DNA of 64,000 nt from Octopus vulgaris (taxonomy: Eukaryota): NCBI GenBank assembly GCA_951406725.2, contig OX597815.1, positions 75,950,001-76,014,000 of the forward strand, in the 5' to 3' direction. Below are positions 39,701 to 51,729 of the stretch, piece by piece; positions within the stretch are counted from its first letter, which is position 1; the number at the start of each line of letters is the position of its first letter. The notes beneath the pieces are model-generated. The model was not told where the DNA came from. It saw only the letters and a program-made list of their open reading frames with translations, and searched no databases. The position numbers and the translations under genes are program-made.

Positions 39701-41385
39701 TCAATGAGGAAACTAGGGATAGATGAATGGTTAGTGAGAGCTGTGCGAGCCATGTACAGGGACGCTGCTAGTAAGGTGAGGGTTGGCAACGAGTACAGTG
39801 AAGAATTCCGAGTAGAGGTAGGGGTCCACCAAGGCTCAGTCCTCAGCCCCCTCCTATTTATCATAGTCCTCCAGGCAATAACAGAGGAATTCAAGATAGG
39901 GTGCCCTTGGGAGCTCCTCTATGCTGATGACCTTGCTCTAATTGCTGAGTCACTATCAGAACTGGAGGAGAAGTTTCAGGTGTGGAAGCAAGGATTAGAA
40001 TCGAAGGGCCTTAGAGTCAATCTAGCTAAAACCAAAGTCCTAATAAGTAGGAAGGTAGACAAATCACAAACGCCTTCAGGTAGATGGCCCTGCTCGATCT
40101 GTAGAAAAGGTGTAGGTAGAAACTCTATAAGATGCACCAAGTGTAAGCTATGGACACATAAGAGGTGCAGCAACGTCAAAGGAAGGTTAACTAGGAAGAT
40201 AGTTTTTGTATGTGGCAGATGCTCAGGAACAATAAACACTGAAAATGCTCTGAGACCAACTTCTGTCACTTTCCAGGGAGAAAAACTAGAAATAATTAAT
40301 AGCTTCCGTTACCTAGGTGTCCAAGTCAGCAGCGGGGGCGGGTGTGCTGAAAGTGTAACTGCTAGAGTAAGAATAGCTTGGGCAAAGTTCAGAGAGCTCT
40401 TACCTCTGGTGGTGACAAAGGCCTCTCACTCAGAGTAAAAGGCAGACTGTATGACGCGTGTGTACGAACAGCCATGCTACATGACAGTGAAACATGGGCC
40501 GTGACTGCTGAGGATATGCGTAAGCTCGCAAGAAATGAAGCCAGTATGCTCCGATGGATGTGTAATGTCAGTATTCATACTCGACAGAGTGTAAGTACCT
40601 TGAGAGAAAAGCTGGACCTAAGAAGCATCAGATGTGGTGTGCAAGAGAGACGTTTGCGCTAGTATGGACATGTGGCGAGAATGGATGAAGATAGTTGTGT
40701 GAAAAAGTGCCACACCCTAGCGGTTGAGGGAACCTGTGGAAGAGGCAGACCCAGGAAAACCTGGGACGTGGTGGTGAAGCACGACCTTCGAACTTTAGGT
40801 CTCACTGAGGAAATGACTAGAGACCGAGACCTCTGGAAGTATGCTGTGCGTGAGAAGACCCGGCAGGACAACTGAGACCATAACCCGTGGTCTTCTACAT
40901 GGGATGTAGCCAGTCCACTTATGCATACCTTCCCTTCTCTACTTGTGAAGACCTGTTGAGGCAAGTGAGAATCAGAATCGAAATCGATCAATGGAAATTG
41001 CAGCTGAGTTACCAGTGCCGGTGGCACGTAAGAGAACCATCCGAACGTGGCCGTTGCCAGCGCCACCCCGACTGGCCTCGTGCCGGTGGCACGTAAAAAG
41101 CACCATCCGTTCGTGGCCGTTGCCAGCGGCGCCCCGACTGGCCTCGTGCCGGTGGCACATAAAAAGCACCATCCGATCGTGGCTGTTTGCCAGACTCGTC
41201 TGGCGCCTGTGCTGGTGGCACGTAAAAAGCACCCACTACACTCATGGAGTGGTTGGCGTTAGGAAGGGCATCCAACCGTAGAAAAATTGCCAGATCAAAC
41301 TGGGCCTGGTGCAGCCTTCTGGCTTCCCAGACCCCAGTTGAACCGCTAGCATGGAAAGCGGACGCTAAACGACGATGATGATGAT
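36797..41385 (+). mobile_element. Near full-length, inactivated RTE-clade LINE (APE + RT with PHD-like finger)
   Basis: APE motifs (CMQEVRW, SAYAPQ, GDFN.HVG, QIDYIL, QHRLV) and RT motifs (KAPGPSG, NYRGIKLL, QFGF.PGKSTTDAIF, GVHQGSVLSPLLF, YADD at ~39920, FRYLG). Broken by stops (38897, 39494, 40660) and frameshifts (~37870, ~38250, ~40420). The 3'UTR has ~65-bp repeats and a (GAT)n tail. The 5' boundary is approximate. Confidence 0.95.
37195..37430. repeat. ~30-bp minisatellite in the RTE 5' region
   Basis: Repeated ATTATATTATTCTTTCAGTACTCTCTC units. Confidence 0.85.
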
Positions 41386-41598
41386 ATATATATATAGTGT
41401 ATCTGTGAATGCTTACATCCTGTGCATTTTGCGTGGTAGTCCTGAGTTACAAGAAGTGTAGTGAAGTTTGTGGTCATTTCTTTGTTTAACATATTGTCTG
41501 CTTGTTCTGTGCTTTCGATGGCATATGAAATAGGTCTCTTACTTGGAAAATAGGTTATGGTTAGCAAAAGGAAGGACATCCAGCTGTAAAACAATATC

Positions 41599-41652
<54 letters not shown>

Positions 41653-41687
41653 GGACATAAAAGCAACTGCACACTCCAACATCATCA

Positions 41688-41975
41688 TCATTGTTCGACC
41701 ATGGTCAAGACAATGGAATTTACCATGCTACGCCAGACTGCACGGTCCATCATAGCATTACGGAGGTCCTGTTGCTGGATGCCTGTATCCCTGGAGATTA
41801 CATCAAGGTAGGAGAGTGTGCGCCCTCTGGTATTGCGAGTAGATGGCTTCCAGAGGAGAAGAGTAGAAATTGCCTCGTTTTCAGCTCTACAACAATGTCC
41901 AGCAAACTGGACTCTCCTACCTTTCACAAAAGATGACACAGGTGGTTTTTTCCCATATATTTGCATTTTGGTTGG
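41688..41975 (-). mobile_element. 3' fragment of a second RTE family
   Basis: RRVQFAGHCCR..LLLWKP..RGR..YLDVISRDTG..DLRNAMMDRAVWR is an RTE C-terminus; ends in an ATGATG tail on the minus strand. Confidence 0.8.
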
Positions 41976-42119
41976 ATGACGCTTCCACGAGAGATTTTGA
42001 GCTCTCACACTTCCTGCTCACTGCATATAGTCACTTCCCTGTTCTTTTCACCTTATCACATGCCTTACAATTTCAAATTATCATCTTTGTCTTTTTGATA
42101 TTCACACAGCTGTAACCTA

Positions 42120-42553
42120 CACCAGTGTCACATAACCAGCCCACTTAAAGTACCTTGGATTTTAGGGTGACATGCCATGCTTGAAGAGACCTATTGAGTC
42201 AAGTACATCAACAGCAATATCAAAATCAAATCAAATGGTAATTGTAGTTGTGAGCCCCGTGCCAGTAGCACATATAATACCAGTGCCGCTTTGTCTGGCT
42301 TCTGTGCTGGTAGCATATAAAAAGCACCATCCGATCGTGGTCGATGCCAGCTCCTCTGGCCCCTATGCTGGTGGCATGTAAACAGCACCCACTATACTTG
42401 TAGTGGTTAGCATTAGGAAGGGCATCCAGCTGTAGAAACACTGCCAGATTGGATTGGGGCCTGGTGTAGCCTCCTGGCTTCTCAGACCCCGGTTGAACCG
42501 TCCAACCCATGCCAGCATGGAAAATGGATGTTAAACGATGATGATGATGATGA
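42120..42553 (+). mobile_element. RTE 3'UTR-derived short repeat
   Basis: Same tail as 40900-41385. Further copies at ~3390-3600, 36170-36350, 52070-52290, 52420-52610, 52870-53155, 55345-55530 (minus) and 55580-55730. Confidence 0.75.
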
Positions 42554-42694
42554 TCTCCATACTTTTTGCCTCTAAAATACATTGTTTCCAATAACAATTG
42601 TTATTGTCTAATATTTATAAATACTAATTCAATCAAACTACTTTACTTTGAACTTAAGAATAATTTCTGTTGTTTTTCTAACAGATATCAAAAA

Positions 42695-42720
42695 ATGGGA
42701 GTGGATGATGAGAATGCTGG
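42695..42720 (+). CDS. KNL1: Kinetochore scaffold 1 (KNL1/Spc105), start-codon exon (MGVDDENAG)
   Basis: Acceptor TTTCTAACAG at 42684, AAAATGG start context, donor GTAAGT; phase 2 fits the next exon. Confidence 0.75.
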
Positions 42721-43805
42721 GTAAGTGTTGTTTTAGTGTTCTATTTATTTTCGATGTAAAACTTTAATATCATGTATGAAACTCTCATTGTCATGACTTT
42801 ACTACCCTAAATTTGAGATTGTACCTAAGTACAATAAAACTACAAACATTCTATGAATTTCCTCTGTGTTTGTAATTATTTCCATTTCACTTCATAAAAT
42901 GTTTAATTAATAAGTAACAGGTTATATCATGCTGATGATTTCTATATGGGATGAAGTAATGCTATACATGATTACCACCAACTAGAGATTTTAAGAACTT
43001 TTAGTAGTAAGCAAAAAAAAAAACCACAAAATATTAAACTTGAATTCTATTTTTTCCTTAATTTCAAATTCAAATTTCTAATCCTGCCAAATATATGAAG
43101 AAGTGATTATTACCCTTGCTATACCTGTGACCACTAGAAGAACCATAGGTTGACTGATGCAATAGGAGCTGGTGAAGCAGAGGACTGTGCCAAATTCTAA
43201 TGTCTGTTGGCATGGTTCCTATGGCTGGATGCTCTTCCTAAGTCCAACCAAATTTACAGTGTGTATTGAGTGCTACTTATATGACACTAGCACTGCTTCA
43301 TCAAGAAACGTGATATTTAATAGATTATCTGTGTTACAATTATTAGGATACCAGTCTGAGGAATAGTGAGTAACTGTTTAATTTATTGTTATTGCATAAA
43401 TTCTAAACTCTAAATATGATCTTATTAACTCTTAATTGGAGTTGTGGTGGAGTTTGCAGGGTATCATTCTATAAGCAATGAGGTAATTATATTATAATTG
43501 ATGGGCATTTTGTTGGCTGGTACAAATCTTATACCTACACTGTATCCAGAGCAAGATATATAATTTTTCATTATTTCATGTTGAGAAAAATTGTTGTATG
43601 CTCCTTGAAATGCAAAATCAGTAATTCTTTCCTTACTCTAACTGCTCTATTGTTTTCTGCAATCACCTCCAGCACTATTTATACTGTGTAAATAACAAAC
43701 TATCACATCTAGTAGTTACAGATTATTTTCTATTGGTGTCCCTCCTCTCTAACTACTTTTGTATATCTAATTAATCTATCAAATTGCAGCTTCTGTTTGC
43801 AATGG

Positions 43806-45285
43806 TGCAGGTGTAGATGTGTGGTTAAGATGCTTGTTTTCCAACCATGTGGTCTTGGGTACAGTTCCACTGTATGGCCCTGGGCTGACCAAAGCCTTGT
43901 GAGTGGATTTGTTAGATGGAAACTAAGAGAAGCCTGTCGTATCTTGATAATACTAAAACTCTAGGGATGTTTGCATGTAATTGAAATATCTCAGAAATAG
44001 TATATTTTATCTTAATTTTTTTTTTACATATTTATTTTCATACTTACCTTTAGCAGTGCAGTACAGATTTTTGTGACATTTGGACCTCTCTTTAAATGAT
44101 TAAACACAATTTTTGTTATTTCTTGACAAAACATACATTACCTCCGTGACGTCAACACACATACAATGAATGTCATGGTGTGTCAATCAACACAAACAGA
44201 CATCTGCTATCTGTGATGTATACACACACACACACACACATAGTCTCTGCGCTCTCTAAGACAAAAAAAAAAACTGTTGACTTTTTGAGATACACAATAT
44301 TTTAATCATTTAGAAATATTTTTAACTGAATGTGATTTCATCATCCAGAGTTTAATTTCCGTAAAAATTTTTTTTATTTATTTACTTTTGTTTTAAAATG
44401 AAAGAGAAGAGAAAGTAAAAGATGTATGTATGTATATATGAAATGGACGTGTGTGTGTGAAAGAGAGAGAGAGAGTGAGTGAAGGGGTGTGTTGTCATGT
44501 ACACGTACATACATCAATACATATGCGTGCATCTTTTTTTGCATGTACGTGTGCATGTATGTATGAGTGTGAGTGAGTGAACGTGTGTGTTCTCATGTAT
44601 AAGTGGCACACACCCTCTCTCTCTCTCTCATACACACTTTCTCCTCTCTTTCACTTTAAAATAAAAGTAACAGGTGATTTTCAAGATAAAATTTGTTAAA
44701 AAAAAGCTTCTACTCATGTAAATTGATTACTATTATTTGGATAGTTCCAATTAAATAAGTCCAGAAGTTAGGTTAAATATATATACATGCATAAGTACCG
44801 TGAATTCCCATTCTACAAAATGGCAAACAATTCCATGAATACTTCACTGGGTAGTAAGTCTAGTATATATATAAAAATATATATGTATGTGTGTACCTTT
44901 GTCTTGATTTCACATGGTGGTTGTAAACTGGCATTACCATCATACAAGCAATGTTTGTTTCCGTCTTCTGTGGTAAATGCATGCCCATTGTTAAGGAGGT
45001 GCACTGGACAGCATTGCCCCCTTACTATTTAATGGTGCACCCTCGGATTTACTCCACTTAGCATTATTACAAATTAGTGCCCACCTAGAATATTCTGAAG
45101 CACCCATGGGCACCAAAGTCTGGTGATAGGCCTGGAGTAATTGTGTGTAGTCATGGGAGATATTACCTTACATGAAAACAAGTGAGAGTTGGTGATAGGA
45201 AGGGCATCTGGTTGTAGAAAACCTGCCTCTACAAATTTCATATAATCCATGCAAGCAGAGTAAAGTGGATCTTTGATGCTGATGT
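43806..45285 (+). mobile_element. tRNA SINE split by a Helitron insertion
   Basis: Head at 43806-43941; body and tail resume at 44864 and end in the RTE-type tail at ~45285. Confidence 0.7.
43942..44863 (+). mobile_element. Non-autonomous Helitron-like element nested in a SINE
   Basis: A|TCTTGATAATAC start; subterminal hairpin CCATGAATACTTCACTGG and CTAG|T end; it precisely interrupts the SINE at its TA tract. Confidence 0.7.
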
Positions 45286-45518
45286 GTGCACTGTATTGAG
45301 TGCCTACCTATTCTCTTGCAGCAGGGAGATAAAGGTACAGTATGGGTTTAAAAGCTTTTGATTCCTTCGACCAAAGGTCTAGTGAAGTTACCCCATTATG
45401 AAAGATATTCCCAATGGTTTATGAATCTGTGTATTTATTTCCTTGTCTGTAGTTGTCATATCTTTTCTATGTTAACTGCAAATAATGTAAACAAATTTAC
45501 TCCTTTCTATTCAATCAG

Positions 45519-45546
45519 GCGTCGCCGTTCTCGTAGGCGTTCATCA
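45519..45546 (+). CDS. KNL1: KNL1 micro-exon (RRRSRRRSS basic patch)
   Basis: Acceptor TCAATCAG, donor GTGAGT; supplies the RRRSS that precedes ILK. Confidence 0.85.
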
Positions 45547-46031
45547 GTGAGTGTTTTTTTTTTTCTTCCTTTTAATTACACATTAATTTTATTTACTTTA
45601 GCTGGTGGTGGTGGTGGGGGCTATAATTTAAGATAGTTTTCCTGAACAACTTTTCAGCTTGTTCACAATATGGTCTCTTCTTTTACATTCTATAAATTAT
45701 ATCTTTGTCAATGTTATGCTAAGAATGATGTATTTCAATATTATAAACATTTGTTAGGGAAGCAGAGACAATACAATGTCTGACTAGATGTTTTATCTGG
45801 TTTCATATTTTACTTTCTAAGTTCAAATCCCATTGATGTTGACTCTAAAATTGTTAGAATATTTTTAATTTTAAATTTTGCAGGATTTTATAAAAAGCAT
45901 TTCTGAAGTTGAAATTACCTCTTTACAAATTTTTCATCCATCCATTCATAACTGATTCAATATTAGGTTCATTAATTAAAACATTTCTTTGAAGAGTTTG
46001 TTTTATTTTTTTTGTCTTTACTTGTTTTCAG

Positions 46032-46073
46032 ATTTTGAAATTGCCTCTCTCTACAATAGATGTAAATAAGCAG
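46032..46073 (+). CDS. KNL1: KNL1 micro-exon (ILKLPLSTIDVNKQ; completes SILK)
   Basis: Acceptor TTTTCAG, donor CAG|GTATGG; splicing creates RRSSILK.P, the PP1-docking SILK motif. Confidence 0.88.
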
Positions 46074-47856
46074 GTATGGTTTAAATATAATTGCTTATTG
46101 TTTGACTTTGTCTCTTTCAAAAAAATCAAGACAAACAGATGTTTGTGAACATCAAATTTCTTTGAGGTGAAGTGTATACTACCCACTCCAATTTAAATTA
46201 GTGGTTGGCAAGTTAATATTGAATATGAAGAAAATCAGAGGACAAATCAGAAGTGAAGGTTGGAAAATCTCTCTGTAAGGCACAGTTTCCAGTTAGTGCA
46301 TATTACATATTTAAAACGGAGCATAGATGTGCATAGTTGATAATCTGTTATAAATTACTGAACAATCTTGTGAGTTAATGTGGATCATCAGTCAAGTAGT
46401 GAGTGCTGTGATGACAAAACATTGTTGTAGATAGACCTAGCAGTGATCTCTATAAGTGACAAGTGATATATCTGGAAGGAGCATTAAAAAGTGGTTAGAA
46501 ACAGTATCAGGGTGGTAAACACAAAGCATAGGTTTTACTTAGCTGTGAAACAAGGTGAAATTTATGTTCTGTGTCTTGAAGATGAGGAGTATAAAGTATT
46601 TTGAAGCACAAGGCTATGTATTTGTACAGTCTGGGATTTCATTTAGAGTGTGTTGGAATGGTAAGGGTAAAGTGGCAGTAAAAAAGAGTAGTAGTGTCCT
46701 AATGAATGGTTGAAAATAAAATCTTAACTCTTATAGAACCTGAAGAGGATCCAGCTTTAGAAATTAGTATGGAATATCATTAATATGGTAATGAAGAATA
46801 AAAAACCAGAAAAAAGCTGTAGTTCCACAGGTGTATTTGCACTGTGCTAGTTAATTAGTTTGTGAAAGAGGGTGTTATCCTCAAGGATCAACATTGCAGT
46901 GAATTCATCGACAATTGAGTAAAGGAAATGCACTGGAAGGGTTAATTACAAATCTTTGAAGCTGATGGGCCAAGGCATGAAGTGGTAGTCTCAGTGAAGT
47001 TTATATTAAGTTGGATTGAACAGTTAGTATGATATTGAACTATAGGTGCTGTACTTACAAGAAAAGTTCTACATCAAGGGCAAACAGTCACAAATTCATT
47101 GACTTAGAAGATATTAACTTTATTGTCAGGCAAATATAGAGTCTAAACCCAATATGGAGATTAATAATGTTTCATTTGCCAACAATAGTTTATTTGTAGT
47201 TACTTTACCAACTCCCAATATGGCAACCAAATATCTCTCATAGAACTACTCAATTTTTCCAAATCAAGGTCCATATGTTTGAAGACCTTAATAAATGGAT
47301 TATTAATATCTGCATTAGCTTTTACATTACAGGCTTGACCAAGTCTTTTAGTTGAACTTGTGTTTTAAACATTTAATGCACCCATTGCCAATTTTTTGCT
47401 CACATTCTCAATGCTAAGTTTTAGTAATGGTTAAGCATAATTTATTTCAGTTGTCTTAAGATCCCAGCAATCAAGACTTTAATTGTGTTGAGCCACCAAA
47501 AGTGCCTGATCCTTATGAAGTCTTAGATAGGGTATCTGATTAGTTAAGCATGTAAATGCTTGCCTCTGGAGAGAATGATAGTTTGTTGTGGTTTTACTTC
47601 ACCTATGCATTCTTGTTTCATTTCTTAGCTAAAATATACTGGTCTGTGAGATGGATTTAAACTTGTGACCTTGATATGAATTAGGGGTTTAATATTTGTT
47701 ATTGTTACCTCTACAGTTTTTAAACTAACATTCCTAAATACTTCATCACTTGAGGGTCTGCCTCATACTAATTTGGAATAAATGGTTGTGGTGATGATTG
47801 CAATATCTTTTTTTTTTCCAGTTCATTGAATTCATTTTGGGTTTATTCATTTATAG

Positions 47857-47930
47857 GTTGAAGAAAAGCCAGAAACAAAATCAAGACGTTCTTCTAAGCG
47901 TGTGAGTTTTGCCAATTATGCGGAAGTCAA
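47857..47930 (+). CDS. KNL1: KNL1 exon carrying RVSF
   Basis: VEEKPETKSRRSSKRVSFANYAEV(K) fits the RVSFA...VK.F signature of KNL1/Spc7; acceptor TTTATAG, donor GTGAGT. Confidence 0.92.
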
Positions 47931-48031
47931 GTGAGTATTAAATGAAATTTACATATATTTGGAATCATTCATTTTATGTATATTGAAATATTGTCTTGAT
48001 AATCTTTATTTTTATTTCTAAATCTTTTTAG

Positions 48032-48072
48032 AGAATTTCATGAAGTTTCACTGTCTTACAATAGCAACATTG
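48032..48072 (+). CDS. KNL1: KNL1 exon (EFHEVSLSYNSNI)
   Basis: Follows a 101-nt intron; TTTTTAG / GTGAGT; completes VKEF. Confidence 0.85.
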
Positions 48073-48118
48073 GTGAGTATTAGATTTTTTTTTTTACTTT
48101 TAGAATTGTTTTTATTGA

Positions 48119-48278
48119 TGGTGCAGGTGTGGCTATGCGGTAAGAAGTTTGCTTCCCAACCACATGGTTCTGAGTTCAGTTCCACTGCATGGCACCTTGG
48201 GTAAGTTGTCTTCTATAGCTTTGGACCAACCAAAACTTTGATAGTTTATTTGATAGACGGAAACTGAAAGAAGCTGTC

Positions 48279-48318
<40 letters not shown>

Positions 48319-48751
48319 GTATTCAAGTGCGTGTGTCTTTGTGTTTGTCCCCGCACTATCATTTGATGACCAATGTTGGTGTATTTACGTCCCTGTAACT
48401 TAACAATTTGACAAAATAGACTGATAAAATAAGTACTGGGCTTACAAAGGGTAAGTCCTGGGGTCGATTTGTTCGACTAAAAAACTCTTTTAGGCAGTTC
48501 TTCAGCATGGCTGCAGTCAAATGACTGAAACAAGTAAAAGAATACCTTAATAATATTTTTTTTTATTCTCTTATTTGTTTCACTCATTTGACTGTGGCCA
48601 TGCTGGAGCACTGTCTTTAGTCAAAAAAAATCAACCCCAGGATTTATTCTTTGTAAGCCTAGTACTTTTCTATCAGTCTCTTTTGCTGAACTGCTAAGTT
48701 ATGGGGATGTAAACACACCAGCATCAGTTGTCAAGCGATGGTGGTGGGGGG

Positions 48752-48804
<53 letters not shown>

Positions 48805-48917
48805 ATACATACAACCGGCTTTTATCAGTTTCTGTCTACCAAATCCACTCATAAGGCTTTGGTCAGCCCGAGGCCATAGTAGAAGACACTTGCCCAAGGT
48901 GCCACACAGTGGGACTA
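48119..48917. mobile_element. Two SINE copies in tail-to-tail inverted orientation
   Basis: Plus copy ~48119-48544 and minus copy ~48564-48917 are mutually complementary (CAGTCAAATGACTGAAACAAG / TTGTTTCACTCATTTGACTG; GGCACCTTGGGTAAG / CTTGCCCAAGGTGCC). Confidence 0.85.
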
Positions 48918-50060
48918 TTGTAAATTGCCTGAAAAGGAGTGTTAGTAGAGAGAGTCATAGTATAACTTGTGCAATACAATATGGTCATTTGTTTACTATG
49001 TAGTTAAAGTTTGTACTATTATTGATAATTTTATGTTAAATTAGTATCTGAAATAGTATGCCTATTGATATCATCGAGTTTTCTGGATTGTATGGTTGGG
49101 TCTTTTCTGATTGCTTTTTGACCTACAACCTATGTGACTAATGACCATCCACACTTATGGCCACAAAAAAATTAAGAAATAACTAAATAAAAAAAATCGA
49201 TTTTCAGATGTTGGGCAGCTGTGTATACAATAACTATGGCAGCATTTGGCCATGCAGGCCTCCCTCAGACCCAGACATCCACTGCCTGCCTCTGTCTCTC
49301 ACTCAGTTGCTTTCAAGCATCAGTTGCGTTTGAATGAAAATAGTGTTCAGAAATATAAATCCAACATATGACCTGTCAGTCAGATCAGAACTTGGTCATA
49401 AGTCGAAGAGAAGGTGTATTCAAATGTCCTGTTTTGGCAAACAACTGTCTATTTCTATGCAGTACTATTTCATACCGTTTCAGCAGTTAGGATAGCCTTT
49501 TCTCAGATACTAATATGTCTGCTTTAATATAGGTCTTTCTTGGCTTATCTTCACTTATTATCTGTTGTCTTGCAGAACTTTTCTGTTTGTCATGTTTATT
49601 CGCACAATATCCCTGATTAGTAATTATGTCACTTGTGTATAAATAATGCTGATTCAGTCATTTAGTTAACTCCTATTCATTTTATTTCATTTCACATCAA
49701 ATTACTCAACTCAGTCTTTTTTTTTTTATACCATTTTTCAATGTTGAAATACAGAGTTTGTTTCAATAAATTTGGAAAATAACGAACAATTTATTGAAAA
49801 TAACTTTGCAATTATTAAGCTGGGGTTTGAAACAAATCAGTATGAAATTTTTATGGAAGTTTTAATTTTGATCTCTTTAAAACAGGAACTTTGTTTCATA
49901 GAACCAGGGGCAGTCTCAGACAGATTAGTATTAAAAGGATTAAAGCAGTTGCTCTTTTTTTTACTCTTTCTAATTTACATAGTTTTTTTTAAATATGTGA
50001 TTGATTTATTTAACTATAAAACATACTTTGTGTTTACTTTTGCAATATTTTCCATTTCAG

Positions 50061-50094
50061 AGGACTCAGGAAACAAACAAACATCTGAAAATGA
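50061..50094 (+). CDS. KNL1: KNL1 micro-exon (EDSGNKQTSEN)
   Basis: CCATTTCAG / GTAAGT; phases 1-2. Confidence 0.78.
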
Positions 50095-50204
50095 GTAAGT
50101 AAGATGGGGAAGAGTAATTTAACTTTGATACTTGTGTCATTATAGTTCTTTTTTTTTTAATAAAATGTGCATGAATATCAAATGACATCAATATTCTTTA
50201 TTAG

Positions 50205-50600
50205 GCACAGTCATGGCTGTGTGATTAAGAAGCCTGCATAACTAACCTTGTAGTTTTTGAGCTCAATCCCACTACATGGTACATTGGGCAAGTGTCTACT
50301 ATTTTAACCCCATGTTGATCAAAGCCTTGTGGGCAGATCTGGTTGGCAGAAAATGGAAGTAGTCTGTTGTATAAATGTGTATGTGATACTCGTGTCTTGA
50401 CATCAAATGATAGTTGTATATATGAGTATCACATTCATACAAACAATATTTTTTGTTTCCAGTCTCTTTGTAAAGCATGTTTGGTCATGGGAAAATATTA
50501 CCTTGATTGGAAACAGGTGAGGATTAGTGATCGGAAGGGCATCTGGCTGTAGAAATTGTCTCAGCAAATTCCTTCTGACCCAGAAGTGGATGTCCAAACT
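50205..50600 (+). mobile_element. tRNA SINE with RTE-type tail
   Basis: Same head and tail as 4562-4990. Confidence 0.7.
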
Positions 50601-50706
50601 AAAATTATTTGTGAAAGCTTATTGAATATCATTGAAATCTATACTGTTAACATTTACTTAGTTTTCTTCTCTAAGAAACCCTTTAAAATATATCTTTTCT
50701 TTCTAG

Positions 50707-50738
50707 GAGCAAAGAACCTGAGGATAACAAGATATCAG
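50707..50738 (+). CDS. KNL1: KNL1 micro-exon (ESKEPEDNKIS)
   Basis: TTTCTTTCTAG / CAG|GTAAGA; phases 2-1. Confidence 0.78.
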
Positions 50739-51676
50739 GTAAGATTATTTTTCCTTTAATAACATGGTTTTATCAGTTTTGCATTATTTTCATTTATCTA
50801 CATATTTCAAATGTAAACGTTTGGACCCTTCTTTTCATCCTTGACAAAGTTAAATTTTCTCTGCAAACATTTATTTGAAGATATTCAAGCTGGTTGTTGG
50901 TCCCCACCCGCCAGTGTTAGAGTCTGTAAAAATCATGGCTCCTTCCATACATTCTTTACCTAATTAAAGAGAAAAATATGTTAATCTAATATGAAAATAA
51001 TAGCTAATAACATTTCTGGAAATTGAAACCATGAGGAGCAAATTAATTTGGATATGGCATATTATATGGAGGTAGAGTAGAAAACAGACAGAACAGAGAC
51101 AATATTAGCAAACCCTGTAATAGATAGTTAAGACGAACAAAGCTAATTGAAGAAAATTATAAAGTAGTACTAGTTAAGTTGAAAAGAGATGAAATTTGAA
51201 ATGTAAAAGCAGGAAAATTGAATGTGTATTTGATAGTAATAATCATTTAAGATTATTACTAGATTGCAAATTAGTTTACTTTGCACAAATCTGCCTCTTA
51301 ATTCAGTATTATTAATCTTTTCTGAATGTAATGTATGTGGGTTCTAGTCTACATAGGTGTTAGACTTAATATTACCCACATATTACCTTGGATATCTTTA
51401 GTGGAGTTCATTCTGTCGTAAGCATTTAAGACTGTGACCATTTTGAGGACACTTCTCCACATTCCTCATTCCCTCTCACTAGTCTCAAAGGATTTGCCTT
51501 CCTTCCTGACAAAAACATAGAATTAAAAATAAAAAAACAGTTGTGGGTGAAAATCCTGTTGGGGTTACTTTTTGTTTTAACATTTTCAAGAGTCCAAAAA
51601 AAAAAATGTCATGTAACTTAAGAAATCTATTTTTGAAAAGAGAAAGAAAGCTATTAAACATTTTCTTCACTTTCAG

Positions 51677-51729
51677 ATATCCAATCACTGTTGACAGGTG
51701 AAATTAAAAACACTGCTCATGCAGTTGAG
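51677..51729 (+). CDS. KNL1: KNL1 exon (DIQSLLTGEIKNTAHAVE)
   Basis: ACTTTCAG / GAG|GTATGT; ISDIQSLLTGEI resembles human KNL1 ITGMNTLLSAPI. Confidence 0.82.

Noticed and set aside
37798-40875. Separate genes for each RTE ORF piece, or an active LINE
   Set aside because: These are fragments of one ORF broken by stops and frameshifts; this copy cannot be autonomous.
41015-41235. ~65-bp repeats resembling a CRISPR array
   Set aside because: Whole units are repeated with no unique spacers, there are no cas genes, and they lie in a LINE 3'UTR in a eukaryotic genome.
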